Of a stretch of 43,035 nt of DNA, positions 34,412 through 43,007 are shown one piece after another (positions within the stretch are counted from its first letter, which is position 1; each line of letters begins with the position of its first letter). The notes beneath the pieces are model-generated. The model saw nothing but the letters and a program-made list of their open reading frames with translations, did no database searches and was not told the DNA's origin. Source of the stretch: Actinomycetota bacterium (lineage in GTDB: Bacteria > Actinomycetota > Actinomycetes > S36-B12); contig WLNQ01000001.1 in assembly GCA_009699705.1 (NCBI GenBank), forward strand, positions 1 to 43,035, given 5' to 3'. A program made the position numbers and the translations under genes.

Positions 34412-35152
34412 TTATGCTTCGTCGTCGTCGAGCGCAGAACCGCGATTGCGCTTTGCTTCGTCTGGAGTCAGCGCCGTTCCACCCAGCCGCGTCGGTAACC
34501 ACCAGAGTTCTTCGCCAGCAATACGGGGATAACGAGCAATGGTGTCGTCAAGCATCAGACTCATAACATCACGCAAATGTCCGGTCTGTAGATGAGCATC
34601 TGCACGTTTTTCAATCATGATTGGCTCACCAATAGTGATGGCAATTGTTTTTCCGCGTGAAAAATCTTTGTGTCCGTACCCAAGAATTCGCTGGCCACCA
34701 AACACCACCATCGGAATGATCGGCACCTGAGCCATCGCCGCCATTCGCACGGCTCCACTCTTGAACGAAATTAGTTCAAAAGAACGACTCATCGTGCCTT
34801 CAGGGAACACCCCCAGCAGCTCTCCGTCTTTGAGCGCTCGCACTCCTTGCCGGAAAGCTTCAGAACCAGCATCACGATTCACTGAAATGTGCTGCATGCC
34901 TCGCATCATCGGACCAGCAAACGGATGCTTAAAGATTCCATCTTTTGCCATGAATCGAACTAGGCGATGACCCGCCCGATCAGGTGGGAGCCCTGCGAAG
35001 GCGTAGTCCAGGAAACTTGTGTGGTTGATCGCCAAGATCGCGCCGCCAGTGAGCGGAATGTTTTCCTGCCCGACGATGTCAAACTTCAAGCCCAAGACCT
35101 TAAAAAGGCCCTTCACCGTGGAAATTAGAGGGCGATAAACGAGATCTGCCAT
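34412..35152 (-). CDS. plsC: 1-acyl-sn-glycerol-3-phosphate acyltransferase family protein
   Basis: ORF track, 246 aa. AINHTSFLDY (H-x4-D) and VFPEGTMSR motifs. Confidence 0.85.
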   Translation of the reverse strand: MADLVYRPLISTVKGLFKVLGLKFDIVGQENIPLTGGAILAINHTSFLDYAFAGLPPDRAGHRLVRFMAKDGIFKHPFAGPMMRGMQHISVNRDAGSEAFRQGVRALKDGELLGVFPEGTMSRSFELISFKSGAVRMAAMAQVPIIPMVVFGGQRILGYGHKDFSRGKTIAITIGEPIMIEKRADAHLQTGHLRDVMSLMLDDTIARYPRIAGEELWWLPTRLGGTALTPDEAKRNRGSALDDDEA

Positions 35153-35262
35153 ACGAGAAGGCTAACTAAGGCAAGATCGGGACGTTAGCCCCCATCAAGG
35201 TGACACAAAATCATTAGGTAAATGCCAGACTGCAGTCATGAGTAACCGCGGAGGAAAAAATA

Positions 35263-36150
35263 ATGTGGAGTAATCGAATCGTCGTGGGTTACGACGGAAG
35301 TGATTCGTCGCTAAGCGCCGCAACTTGGGCAGCCAAAGAAGCACAAGCGCGCGGACTTGGTCTAGTGATCATCAACGCGATGGCGCCACCCGTCAGCGGC
35401 GGTGCCTGGGGCCCGGGAATGCAGATTGGCGTCGATACCCTAGAAAAGATCCGCGAGAGCGCTCAAGCTGCCCTTGATGACTTCGCCGCCACTTTGGGCG
35501 TCAAAGACGTAACAACGCAAGCTGAGATCGGTTCGCCGACCGGCCTGCTGCTTGCTGCTTCCGAATCTGCCGAGTTGATCGTCGTGGGATCACGCGGTCA
35601 TGGTGGCTTCAAAGAATTGCTGCTCGGTTCGGTGAGCCAACAACTCGTTGCCCATGCTGACTGCCCCGTGGTGGTTGTTCGTGAGTCATCGGGTGCGGCT
35701 AAGAATGCTGTTGTCGTTGGTGTTGACGGCAGCAAGGCTTCACACGCAGCCGTTGATTTTGCTTTCGACTATGCGAGTCGCCATAAATTGAAAGTGGTGG
35801 CTGTTCATGCTTGGGATGTGCCCTCATTCGATCTCATCGTGATGCCCAACACTCCAGTACCAATTGAGATGGGCGACATCACCGACTCCGAGGTTCGCCT
35901 CACCGCGGAATTACTCGCTGGCTATGAAGCCAACTACCCAGATGTCACGCTCGAAACGCGCGTGGTTCGCGGTACAGCGGTCAAGGCAATCTTGGGCACC
36001 CAGTCCGATGCCGCTCTCATTGTCCTTGGAACTCGTGGACATGGCTCAGTGGTTGGTGCTGTTCTTGGTTCCGTCAGCCACGGAGTTTTGCATCAAGCCA
36101 GCATCCCGGTTGTTGTCGTAACCCAAGAAGCTCACCGCGACAACGCATGA
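35263..36150 (+). CDS. Universal stress protein, tandem Usp domains
   Basis: ORF track, 295 aa. Two copies of the ATP-binding tail (VVGSRGHGGFKELLLGSVSQQLVAHADCPVVVV and VLGTRGHGSVVGAVLGSVSHGVLHQASIPVVVV). Confidence 0.85.
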   Translation: MWSNRIVVGYDGSDSSLSAATWAAKEAQARGLGLVIINAMAPPVSGGAWGPGMQIGVDTLEKIRESAQAALDDFAATLGVKDVTTQAEIGSPTGLLLAASESAELIVVGSRGHGGFKELLLGSVSQQLVAHADCPVVVVRESSGAAKNAVVVGVDGSKASHAAVDFAFDYASRHKLKVVAVHAWDVPSFDLIVMPNTPVPIEMGDITDSEVRLTAELLAGYEANYPDVTLETRVVRGTAVKAILGTQSDAALIVLGTRGHGSVVGAVLGSVSHGVLHQASIPVVVVTQEAHRDNA

Positions 36151-36173
36151 TCTGAGTCCAGTAACCTGTAGCT

Positions 36174-36791
36174 ATGGCAAACCCCGATCGACTGGTATGG
36201 ATCGACTGCGAAATGACGGGCCTATATCCCGACAAAGATGAACTTGTCGAGATCGCTGCCATCGTTACCGACGGTGACCTTAATGAACTTGATGCTGGCA
36301 TCAGTTTGGTCATCAAGTGCAGCGACGCTGCGCTTGCTCAAATGGACGAGTTTGTAGTCAACATGCACAACGAATCTGGGCTCATCCATGAGATTCCACT
36401 TGGTATCACCTTGGCTGACGCAGAAACTGAGGTGCTGGAATACGTAATGAAACATGTGCCCGAAGCTAAAAAAGCACCGCTTGCCGGCTCAAGCATTTAC
36501 ACCGATCGCGGCTTCCTCACAAAATACATGCCGACTCTGGATGATCATCTGCACTACCGCCTTGTTGATGTGTCAAGCATCAAGGAACTGGTACGTCGCT
36601 GGTATCCGCGCACGTATTATGCATTGCCTGAAAAGCACGGAAACCACCGAGCGCTAGGTGATATTCGTGAGTCCATCGCCGAACTTCGCTACTACCGAGA
36701 TGCGGTTTTTGTCGCGGCCCCAGGTCCGGACTCAACTATCTCCAAGGAACTTGGACTCCGGCATGTGGTCGACCATGGGACGGCTGAATAA
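36174..36791 (+). CDS. orn: Oligoribonuclease
   Basis: ORF track, 205 aa. LVWIDCEMTGL (Exo I) and HRALGDIRESIAELRYY (DEDDh His motif). Confidence 0.9.
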   Translation: MANPDRLVWIDCEMTGLYPDKDELVEIAAIVTDGDLNELDAGISLVIKCSDAALAQMDEFVVNMHNESGLIHEIPLGITLADAETEVLEYVMKHVPEAKKAPLAGSSIYTDRGFLTKYMPTLDDHLHYRLVDVSSIKELVRRWYPRTYYALPEKHGNHRALGDIRESIAELRYYRDAVFVAAPGPDSTISKELGLRHVVDHGTAE

Positions 36792-36882
36792 AGTTACGGA
36801 GAACCCGAATTCTGGGACCAGCGGCATCCGCTAGTATTCAATCTCCGCGCAAGCGGGTGAGGGATGCGCAAGTGGTCCTCAT

Positions 36883-36959
36883 GGTGGGTATAGCTCAGCT
36901 GGTAGAGCACCTGGTTGTGGTCCAGGAAGTCGCGGGTTCAAGTCCCGTTACTCACCCCA
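36883..36959 (+). tRNA. tRNA-His (anticodon GTG), with G-1 and encoded CCA
   Basis: Hand-folded cloverleaf. Acceptor GTGGGTA/TACTCAC, D arm GCTC-AGCTGGTA-GAGC, anticodon arm CCTGG-TTGTGGT-CCAGG, T arm GCGGG-TTCAAGT-CCCGT. The extra 5' G (36883) sits opposite discriminator C, and CCA is at 36957-36959. Confidence 0.95.
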
Positions 36960-37088
36960 ATATTGACCATTCATTGGTCGTCCCGCGATTCCGGTAACGA
37001 GCCACAAAAGTTACTCTGAGTATCGGAACCATCGAGGTTCCGCTGCTTCGCCTCACCGCGGAAGCACGAAAACTACGATTGGAATCTC

Positions 37089-37496
37089 GTGGGTCCTGTT
37101 GACGTGATCATTATTGGATTTCCTGGCAATAAATTTAATGGTCGGATTGCTCCTGCCATCCTTGAACTTATTGAAGCTGGCACTATTGAGATCCTCGACT
37201 TACTTTTCATGATGAAAGATGCTGAAGGTGTTGTCACAGCACTCGAGTATCACGAATTCGACGAGTTGTTGGGCACCGCAGTTACCGGCATAACAGTTTC
37301 AGCCCCGGGTGCGCTTGGTCTCGATGATGCTGAAGAAATTCGAGAAGATCTCCCCCTCAATAGTTCGGCCCTTGCCATTGCCTTCGAAAATACGTGGGCA
37401 GCAAAATTCGTCGACGCCATTCGCGATGCAGATGCAGTGGTTATCGACCAAATTCGAATTCCCGCAGCAGCGGCTGAAATTGTGCTCGGCCGATAA
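37089..37496 (+). CDS. Conserved hypothetical protein (DUF6325-like)
   Basis: ORF track, 135 aa (GTG start). The N-terminal GPVDVIIIGFPGNKFNGRIAPAILELIEAGTIEILDLLFMMKDAEG matches my memory of the actinobacterial DUF6325/DUF1269-like family that pairs with SHOCT proteins. Confidence 0.6.
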   Translation: MGPVDVIIIGFPGNKFNGRIAPAILELIEAGTIEILDLLFMMKDAEGVVTALEYHEFDELLGTAVTGITVSAPGALGLDDAEEIREDLPLNSSALAIAFENTWAAKFVDAIRDADAVVIDQIRIPAAAAEIVLGR

Positions 37497-37546
37497 TCCA
37501 TCACAATTCACTAACCCTTAATAAAACATATTTGAAAGGAACGATC

Positions 37547-37810
37547 ATGGGTCTTATGCGAGTAGCCGCACGCACCGCAGTAATTTCTGGAACAGCCACC
37601 GCAGTGTCAGGTCGGGTCGCTCAACGTCAGGCGCATGCCTATGACGAGAAGGCTGCCGCACAGCAAGTAGCGGGAGCACCTGAGCAAAGCGACGCTCCTC
37701 CCGCAGATGATGCGATGGCAAAGATCGCGCAACTTGCAGAACTACACAAGCAGGGCATCCTCACCGATGAAGAGTTTGCCGCGGCCAAAGCTAAGGCTCT
37801 AGGAATCTAA
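37547..37810 (+). CDS. SHOCT domain protein
   Basis: Part of ORF 37532..37810. I start it at ATG 37547 (MGLMRVAARTAVISGTATAVSG), with aaaggaa upstream. The C-terminal AKIAQLAELHKQGILTDEEFAAAKAKALGI is a SHOCT motif. Confidence 0.7.
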   Translation: MGLMRVAARTAVISGTATAVSGRVAQRQAHAYDEKAAAQQVAGAPEQSDAPPADDAMAKIAQLAELHKQGILTDEEFAAAKAKALGI

Positions 37811-37845
37811 CGCGTTACGAAGGTAACTCCTGGCGAAAAGTCCGA

Positions 37846-38418
37846 TTAACTCTGACTTGCGACTATGGTCGCGTGCGTTTCAAAGGCTCGCGCTAGGTGC
37901 ACTACTTCACTTGCGACTAATCGCAGTCCCTCCTGTGCGCCTGCGATTCCTGTGCCTTGTTCCGTTGATGATGTATTGACGATGCAGCCATACGGTGTTG
38001 GCCAGCCACGAAGTGAATGCACGATGATTCGCAAGGTTGCCAATGTATTCACAGCCGCTTGGTAACCCTTGGCTACTGCGATGCTGCCGACAGGCATACC
38101 AGAGAAATAGGCGCGTTCATCTAAAGCCAAGTCTTCGGCATAGTCCAGTGCGTTCTTCAACATTCCAGAAATTGAACCGTGATACGAAGCTGCAGAAATA
38201 ATGATTCCTGATGCCTCGCGCATCGCGGCAATGAGCTCCAAAGCTTCTGGCGTGCGCTCTGGATTCACCGGGTCATACATCGGTAAGTTCTTGAGCAAAT
38301 CACCTGAAACCATTAGCGCTTGCGCGCCCTGAGACTCAACTTCATCCAAGGCCAGTCGAAGTGCAGCATCACTGGATGAGCTCTGATTCGTCGTTCCCCC
38401 AATGCCAACAATCAGCAC
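37846..38418 (-). CDS. NAD(P)H-dependent FMN reductase family protein
   Basis: ORF track, 190 aa (GTG start). IVGIGGTTNQSSSSD and ISAASYHGSISGMLKNALDY are typical of FMN_red (PF03358-like) proteins. Confidence 0.75.
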   Translation of the reverse strand: MLIVGIGGTTNQSSSSDAALRLALDEVESQGAQALMVSGDLLKNLPMYDPVNPERTPEALELIAAMREASGIIISAASYHGSISGMLKNALDYAEDLALDERAYFSGMPVGSIAVAKGYQAAVNTLATLRIIVHSLRGWPTPYGCIVNTSSTEQGTGIAGAQEGLRLVASEVVHLARAFETHATIVASQS

Positions 38419-38973
38419 TTAGTTCCTGACCTTGCGAAGTGTGTGAATATCCGTGTGAGCAAACGGCTCATCAAATTCCTTCATATTCAACATGGTGACT
38501 TCATCGTAACTGAATGAGTCATCACCAACGTTGATGGTCACCTCGTAGCTGCGACTGCTTGCATTGGCCGCGAGATACCTATTTTCGCCAATTCCATACT
38601 GCTCGTGGCCAATGGCTGCCTTCATGGTCCAACTCTTGGCATCGGCAGTTGTAGTTCCTCCAGCCAAAACGGTGATTCCGCGAGGAACCACGAACCCCTT
38701 CATCACTTCACCAGTTGCCGCATCCCAAAGCCAATATCCGACTTCAGTATGAAACGGGTTTTCTTCGTCTTCGCGCCACATCGCTGACTTGTAGTCGAGC
38801 CCGTAAAGCGTTTGAGATCCGTTTTCGACGGGACCAAAAGGCTTCATTGTGCAAACCTCGCGATACGCCGTGTCAAACACGATGTTTTTACTGTGCTTGA
38901 ACGCGTGGTCGATGCCGCCAGTGCCTTCCCACTCACCAATGAGCCCCGCCAGGGGCCCCCATTCATTACTCAT
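38419..38973 (-). CDS. Heme-binding beta-barrel (nitrobindin/THAP4-like, DUF1794-type) protein
   Basis: ORF track, 184 aa. The N-terminal PLAGLIGEWEGTGG (G-x-W-x-G-x-G) is the motif I associate with this lipocalin-like family. Its TAA stop abuts the GTG start of the FMN reductase gene (TAAGTG). Confidence 0.6.
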   Translation of the reverse strand: MSNEWGPLAGLIGEWEGTGGIDHAFKHSKNIVFDTAYREVCTMKPFGPVENGSQTLYGLDYKSAMWREDEENPFHTEVGYWLWDAATGEVMKGFVVPRGITVLAGGTTTADAKSWTMKAAIGHEQYGIGENRYLAANASSRSYEVTINVGDDSFSYDEVTMLNMKEFDEPFAHTDIHTLRKVRN

Positions 38974-39021
38974 GTCGTCTCCTTTGATCAGGAAATTTCT
39001 TGGCTTAGATGTGAGACAAGA

Positions 39022-39645
39022 CTAGAGGTAACGAACGGCGATCATGGCCCCAATGATGACGAAAATGACGACAACGATGTACTGATCCACCCATGAATCC
39101 AGCAGGCGGGTCAGGCGGGCATGAGTAGCCGGTGTGAATCCAAAAGTGTTGCGGTAGATATTGACTCGGGTCATTGACGCAAAGACCATGGTGGTGGTGA
39201 TGGTCACCAGTAAGCACCAGGGGCAAAGGGCGCCGATATTGAAATACGCCTCATAAAGCAACCAGTACGCAAACACAAGGCCAGCCGTGTAGATGACTTG
39301 CGCAGCATTCATAAACCATCGAGGAAATACCACGCCTGCAATCGATGCGAGCGCAATCGTGATGACGACTGGTTCAGCAATCAGCCCCAAGAAGGCGTTC
39401 GGAAATCCGAGCAATGATGCCTGCCAGGAAGCGCCCACCACGCTGCACGAAATCTTTGCACTGATATCGCACGAAAATGAGGCGAGCGGATTCGCCGCCA
39501 AAGTGATGGCCTCGGCAGATAGCACCAGCGAGGCGACCAACGACAAGATCGAAGAAATGAACATCTCAGAAAAGGCACCGAGATGGCGGTCCTGCTTCGG
39601 TATCGGTACAAAGCCGGAGCCTTCAACGGCCGCTTCAGTTGACAT
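39022..39645 (-). CDS. Vitamin K epoxide reductase (VKOR) family membrane protein
   Basis: ORF track, 207 aa. Loop Cys pair FSCDISAKISCS and active-site ALCPWCLLV (CxxC) in a TM helix. No fused thioredoxin domain. Confidence 0.75.
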   Translation of the reverse strand: MSTEAAVEGSGFVPIPKQDRHLGAFSEMFISSILSLVASLVLSAEAITLAANPLASFSCDISAKISCSVVGASWQASLLGFPNAFLGLIAEPVVITIALASIAGVVFPRWFMNAAQVIYTAGLVFAYWLLYEAYFNIGALCPWCLLVTITTTMVFASMTRVNIYRNTFGFTPATHARLTRLLDSWVDQYIVVVIFVIIGAMIAVRYL

Positions 39646-39656
39646 GGCGTAAGTAT

Positions 39657-41180
39657 CTATCGTGCGGTCGGCATATCAAAGGATGCCCCGAGCGCATCTT
39701 GAGGCCATCTTGATGTCACGACTTTGCCGCGGGTGTAGAAATGCAAACCTTCAGACCCGTGCATGTGGTGCTCTCCAAGCAAGGAATCCTTCCAACCACC
39801 AAAGGAGTGGTAGGCCATCGGAACAGGAACGGGAACGTTTACCCCGATCATTCCCACCTTCACTCCACGGGTAAAGGCTCGCGCGGCTGCACCGCTGTTG
39901 GTGAATACTGCGGTGCCGTTGCCGTATGGGTTTGCGTTGATGACAGCGATAGCTTCTTCAAGGGTTTCAACGCGCATGACCGCAAGTACCGGACCGAAAA
40001 CTTCTTGGCCGTAGACATCCATGTCAGCCGTGACTTCGTCTAACAAGGTCGGTCCGACGAAGAAACCTGATTCGAATCCAGTGACCGTCAGGTTGCGACC
40101 ATCAACACAAATTTTCGCGCCCTGCTTCTGTGCTGAGTCAATCAGTGAAGTGATGCGAACCTTAGCTTCAGCGGTCACAACCGGGCCCATATCTATCCCA
40201 TCGCCGCGCCCGGAGCCAACCTTGATGTCATTTGCTTGTTTACCCAAAAGTTCGATGAGTCCATCAGCTGCCGCACCCACTGCCACGGCAACAGAAATTG
40301 CCATGCAGCGTTCACCCGCTGATCCAAAGGCTGCAGCCGTGAGGTGATTGGCCGCAAAAGCAAGTTCTGCATCTGGCATGACAACTGCATGATTCTTTGC
40401 GCCACCAAGTGCCTGAACGCGTTTACCTGCAGCCGTTGCGCGCGCATGAATGTGGCGGGCAATTGGTGTTGAACCAACAAAGGAGACTGCAGCGATACCT
40501 GGATGATCAAGAATTGCATTGACGGTGTCGGCATTGCCGTGCACCACGTTAAATACGCCATCGGGAAGTCCGGCTTCTTGCCAAAGTCGAGCCAGCATCA
40601 TCGAAGCTGACGGATCTCGTTCGCTTGGCTTCAAGATAAACGTGTTTCCGGTGGCAATAGCAATCGGGAACATCCACATCGGAACCATTGCCGGGAAATT
40701 GAATGGCGTAATGCCGGCTACAACGCCAAGCGGCTCTCGATAGGAATAACTGTCCACGTCAGCTGAAACCTGATCTGAGAACTCGCCCTTGAGTAACTGC
40801 CCAATGCCGCAGGCAAACTCAACAACCTCGAGTCCACGTTGCACTTCGCCCAGGGCATCCGAAAGCACCTTTCCGTGCTCATCGGTGATGAGTTCGGCAA
40901 GTTCTTGAGCGCGGGCATTGACGAGTTCACGAAAGGAAAAGAGCACCTTGGCGCGACGGCTGATTGACGACTGGCCCCAGTCAGCAAAGGCGACGGTGGC
41001 TGCAGCCACGGCAGCATCAACATCGATGCTCGTGCCGAGCAATACCTCAGCACTTTGGGCTCCGGTTGCCGGATTGAACACCGCAGAAGTGGTCGTGCTG
41101 ACCCCAGCGGTGCTCTTGCCATCGATCCAATGCTCGATTGTGCGCACGTGTTCCTCCTGCATAATTGTGGGTATGTCCAC
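39657..41180 (-). CDS. mmsA: CoA-acylating methylmalonate-semialdehyde dehydrogenase
   Basis: ORF track, 507 aa. MFPIAIATGNTFILKPSERDP and catalytic AGERCMAISV. The start is more likely ATG 41162 (MQEEHVRTIEHWIDG), which avoids overlapping the divergent small gene. Confidence 0.9.
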   Translation of the reverse strand: MDIPTIMQEEHVRTIEHWIDGKSTAGVSTTTSAVFNPATGAQSAEVLLGTSIDVDAAVAAATVAFADWGQSSISRRAKVLFSFRELVNARAQELAELITDEHGKVLSDALGEVQRGLEVVEFACGIGQLLKGEFSDQVSADVDSYSYREPLGVVAGITPFNFPAMVPMWMFPIAIATGNTFILKPSERDPSASMMLARLWQEAGLPDGVFNVVHGNADTVNAILDHPGIAAVSFVGSTPIARHIHARATAAGKRVQALGGAKNHAVVMPDAELAFAANHLTAAAFGSAGERCMAISVAVAVGAAADGLIELLGKQANDIKVGSGRGDGIDMGPVVTAEAKVRITSLIDSAQKQGAKICVDGRNLTVTGFESGFFVGPTLLDEVTADMDVYGQEVFGPVLAVMRVETLEEAIAVINANPYGNGTAVFTNSGAAARAFTRGVKVGMIGVNVPVPVPMAYHSFGGWKDSLLGEHHMHGSEGLHFYTRGKVVTSRWPQDALGASFDMPTAR

Positions 41181-41394
41181 TACGTCGCGACCGCTGGCAC
41201 AGCCGCATCCCGACCGGCTGTCACCCGATCATCCGCTCTATGGAGAAATCATCCACTGTCACAACGCTGCAGTCGAGCGGGGGGATGCTGGATATCGCGA
41301 CCCAGGGACCGGACTCTTCGTGATCACCGCTGCCACCCACGCTCATCGGGGCACTTGCTGCACCAACGGCTGCCGACACTGTCCGTATGTCTAA
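41173..41394 (+). CDS. Small Cys/His-rich protein (DUF5522-like)
   Basis: In-frame tail of ORF 40918..41394, starting at ATG 41173: MSTTSRPLAQPHPDRLSPDHPLYGEIIHCHNAAVERGDAGYRDPGTGLFVITAATHAHRGTCCTNGCRHCPYV. The ending GCRHCPY is what I recall for DUF5522. Confidence 0.6.
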   Translation: MSTTSRPLAQPHPDRLSPDHPLYGEIIHCHNAAVERGDAGYRDPGTGLFVITAATHAHRGTCCTNGCRHCPYV

Positions 41395-42877
41395 GTCCCG
41401 GCTGCTCATCACGAGCCTTATTGCCTGCCTCCCATTGAGTGTGGCCGTTGTGGCTCACTCAGTGCCACAAGTGGTGGCTAAGGCGTCTTGGTCCATGGTG
41501 GACACGATTAAAGACGTGAATAACGATGGATTCATCGATGGCGATGGCGGCGTGCCAAAGTCTGGTGCCTTATCAATAAATCCATCGGTTCAAATGGTCG
41601 GCGAAGGCAACCACATTGCTCAACCACATGAGCGCCTCATCGGTGGCGCGCTCTCGTGGTACCTCTCCCAAGCAGGCTTTCCTGTCACCTTGAATGCCTG
41701 CGAATCCCGAGGCTCGCAATATTCCTGGACGTTGCTGAACACCACAACGCAGGCAGTAACTTCAATTGCGACCAAGCAACTGACGAAAGCGACCTGCAAG
41801 ACGCACGCAACACTGCCCGAGGGCAGTTACACCTTCACGCTGAATGTGACAGCGGGAACCACAAATGCGACGGTCACCATCCCTGCCACAGTGAAAAACA
41901 TTCTGATGGTTGCCATGGGTGACTCGTATGCGTCAGGCGAAGGCAACCCACGAAATGTTGACGCTTGGCTGACGCAAGGTGGGCCATTCTCAGCCTTTCG
42001 CCCCTATTGGGATAACGATGTGTGCCATCGAAGTGTGCATGGGGCACCAGCACTTGCTGCTCTTGCCCTTGAAAAGACCTCTGCACTCACTTCAGTGACC
42101 TTGGTGGATGTTTCATGCACTGGCGCAACCGTGCGGCAGGGAATCTTGGGTGTGCAACCGGGCACTGGGCAAACACAAATCGCGCTGGCTAAAAGCCTTA
42201 TTGGGGAGCAGCCGGTTGACCTCGTGTCGATTTCAATTGGCGGTAACGACATCGGTTTCGGCTCGGTGTTGAGCTCATGTCTGCTGAATGCGAATTGCCC
42301 CTTGAGCAAACCAACCTCGGGTGCCTTACAAAGTTACCCAACCTTGCAGGCTGGAGTCAGCGACCAAACTGCAAAACTTCAAGCTGCTTATTCGGAAATC
42401 GCCAACTGTTTGAGTAAACGCACGTGTCCGAGCGGCATTAATCTTGCACCGACAGCTTCAGTGCTGCCAACGATGTACCCCGACCTTGCGCGAAACAGCA
42501 ACGGTGCGATCTGCTCCTATCTCAGCATGACCCAGCAAGATTTCACTTGGGCCAGAGCCGCGATCCTGAACCCGACCCCGCCAAGTGAAGTTGCGTACAC
42601 AACGACAAGTCAGACCGTTGCTAGTCTGCCGATTACTTCGTCTCTCAACCGTCAGATCACGAACACCACAGCCTTGGGCTGGAAGCCAGTGCTGGGTAGT
42701 TGGACGCGATCGGGTGACTCCGCGATGGGTCACGGCGTCTGTGCTGGTACCGCCTCTTGGACTTTTGGAGTGCAATTTGGGGGGCAGATGTCGAGTGCTT
42801 CATTCCACCCAAACCCTCAAGGCCAAATTGAGCTCGGCAAGGCCTTGCTTGAGGCAGCGAAAATTGCCATCGCTTAA
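41387..42877 (+). CDS. Secreted SGNH/GDSL hydrolase with an N-terminal extra domain
   Basis: ORF track, 496 aa. Signal peptide MSKSRLLITSLIACLPLSVAVVAHS. Block I VAMGDSYASGEGN and block III ISIGGNDIGF. Its start overlaps the stop of the small Cys-rich gene by 8 nt. Confidence 0.75.
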   Translation: MSKSRLLITSLIACLPLSVAVVAHSVPQVVAKASWSMVDTIKDVNNDGFIDGDGGVPKSGALSINPSVQMVGEGNHIAQPHERLIGGALSWYLSQAGFPVTLNACESRGSQYSWTLLNTTTQAVTSIATKQLTKATCKTHATLPEGSYTFTLNVTAGTTNATVTIPATVKNILMVAMGDSYASGEGNPRNVDAWLTQGGPFSAFRPYWDNDVCHRSVHGAPALAALALEKTSALTSVTLVDVSCTGATVRQGILGVQPGTGQTQIALAKSLIGEQPVDLVSISIGGNDIGFGSVLSSCLLNANCPLSKPTSGALQSYPTLQAGVSDQTAKLQAAYSEIANCLSKRTCPSGINLAPTASVLPTMYPDLARNSNGAICSYLSMTQQDFTWARAAILNPTPPSEVAYTTTSQTVASLPITSSLNRQITNTTALGWKPVLGSWTRSGDSAMGHGVCAGTASWTFGVQFGGQMSSASFHPNPQGQIELGKALLEAAKIAIA

Positions 42878-42902
42878 ACCTGTATAGTTTCGTCCGCACC
42901 AA

Positions 42903-42975
<73 letters not shown>

Positions 42976-42983
42976 CTGTTAGG

Positions 42984-43007
42984 AACCGCCTTTGTGGCGG
43001 TTTTTTT
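42984..43007 (+). terminator. Rho-independent terminator after tRNA-Lys
   Basis: aaccgcc (42984-42990) pairs with ggcggtt (42996-43002), with loop tttgt. The T run continues to 43007. Confidence 0.8.

Noticed and set aside
34353-34502. 50-aa N-terminal extension of the GGDEF ORF
   Set aside because: It would overlap the plsC 3' end by 91 nt and reads as Arg-rich filler. GTG 34352 has an AAGGAG RBS and begins directly at the first TM helix.
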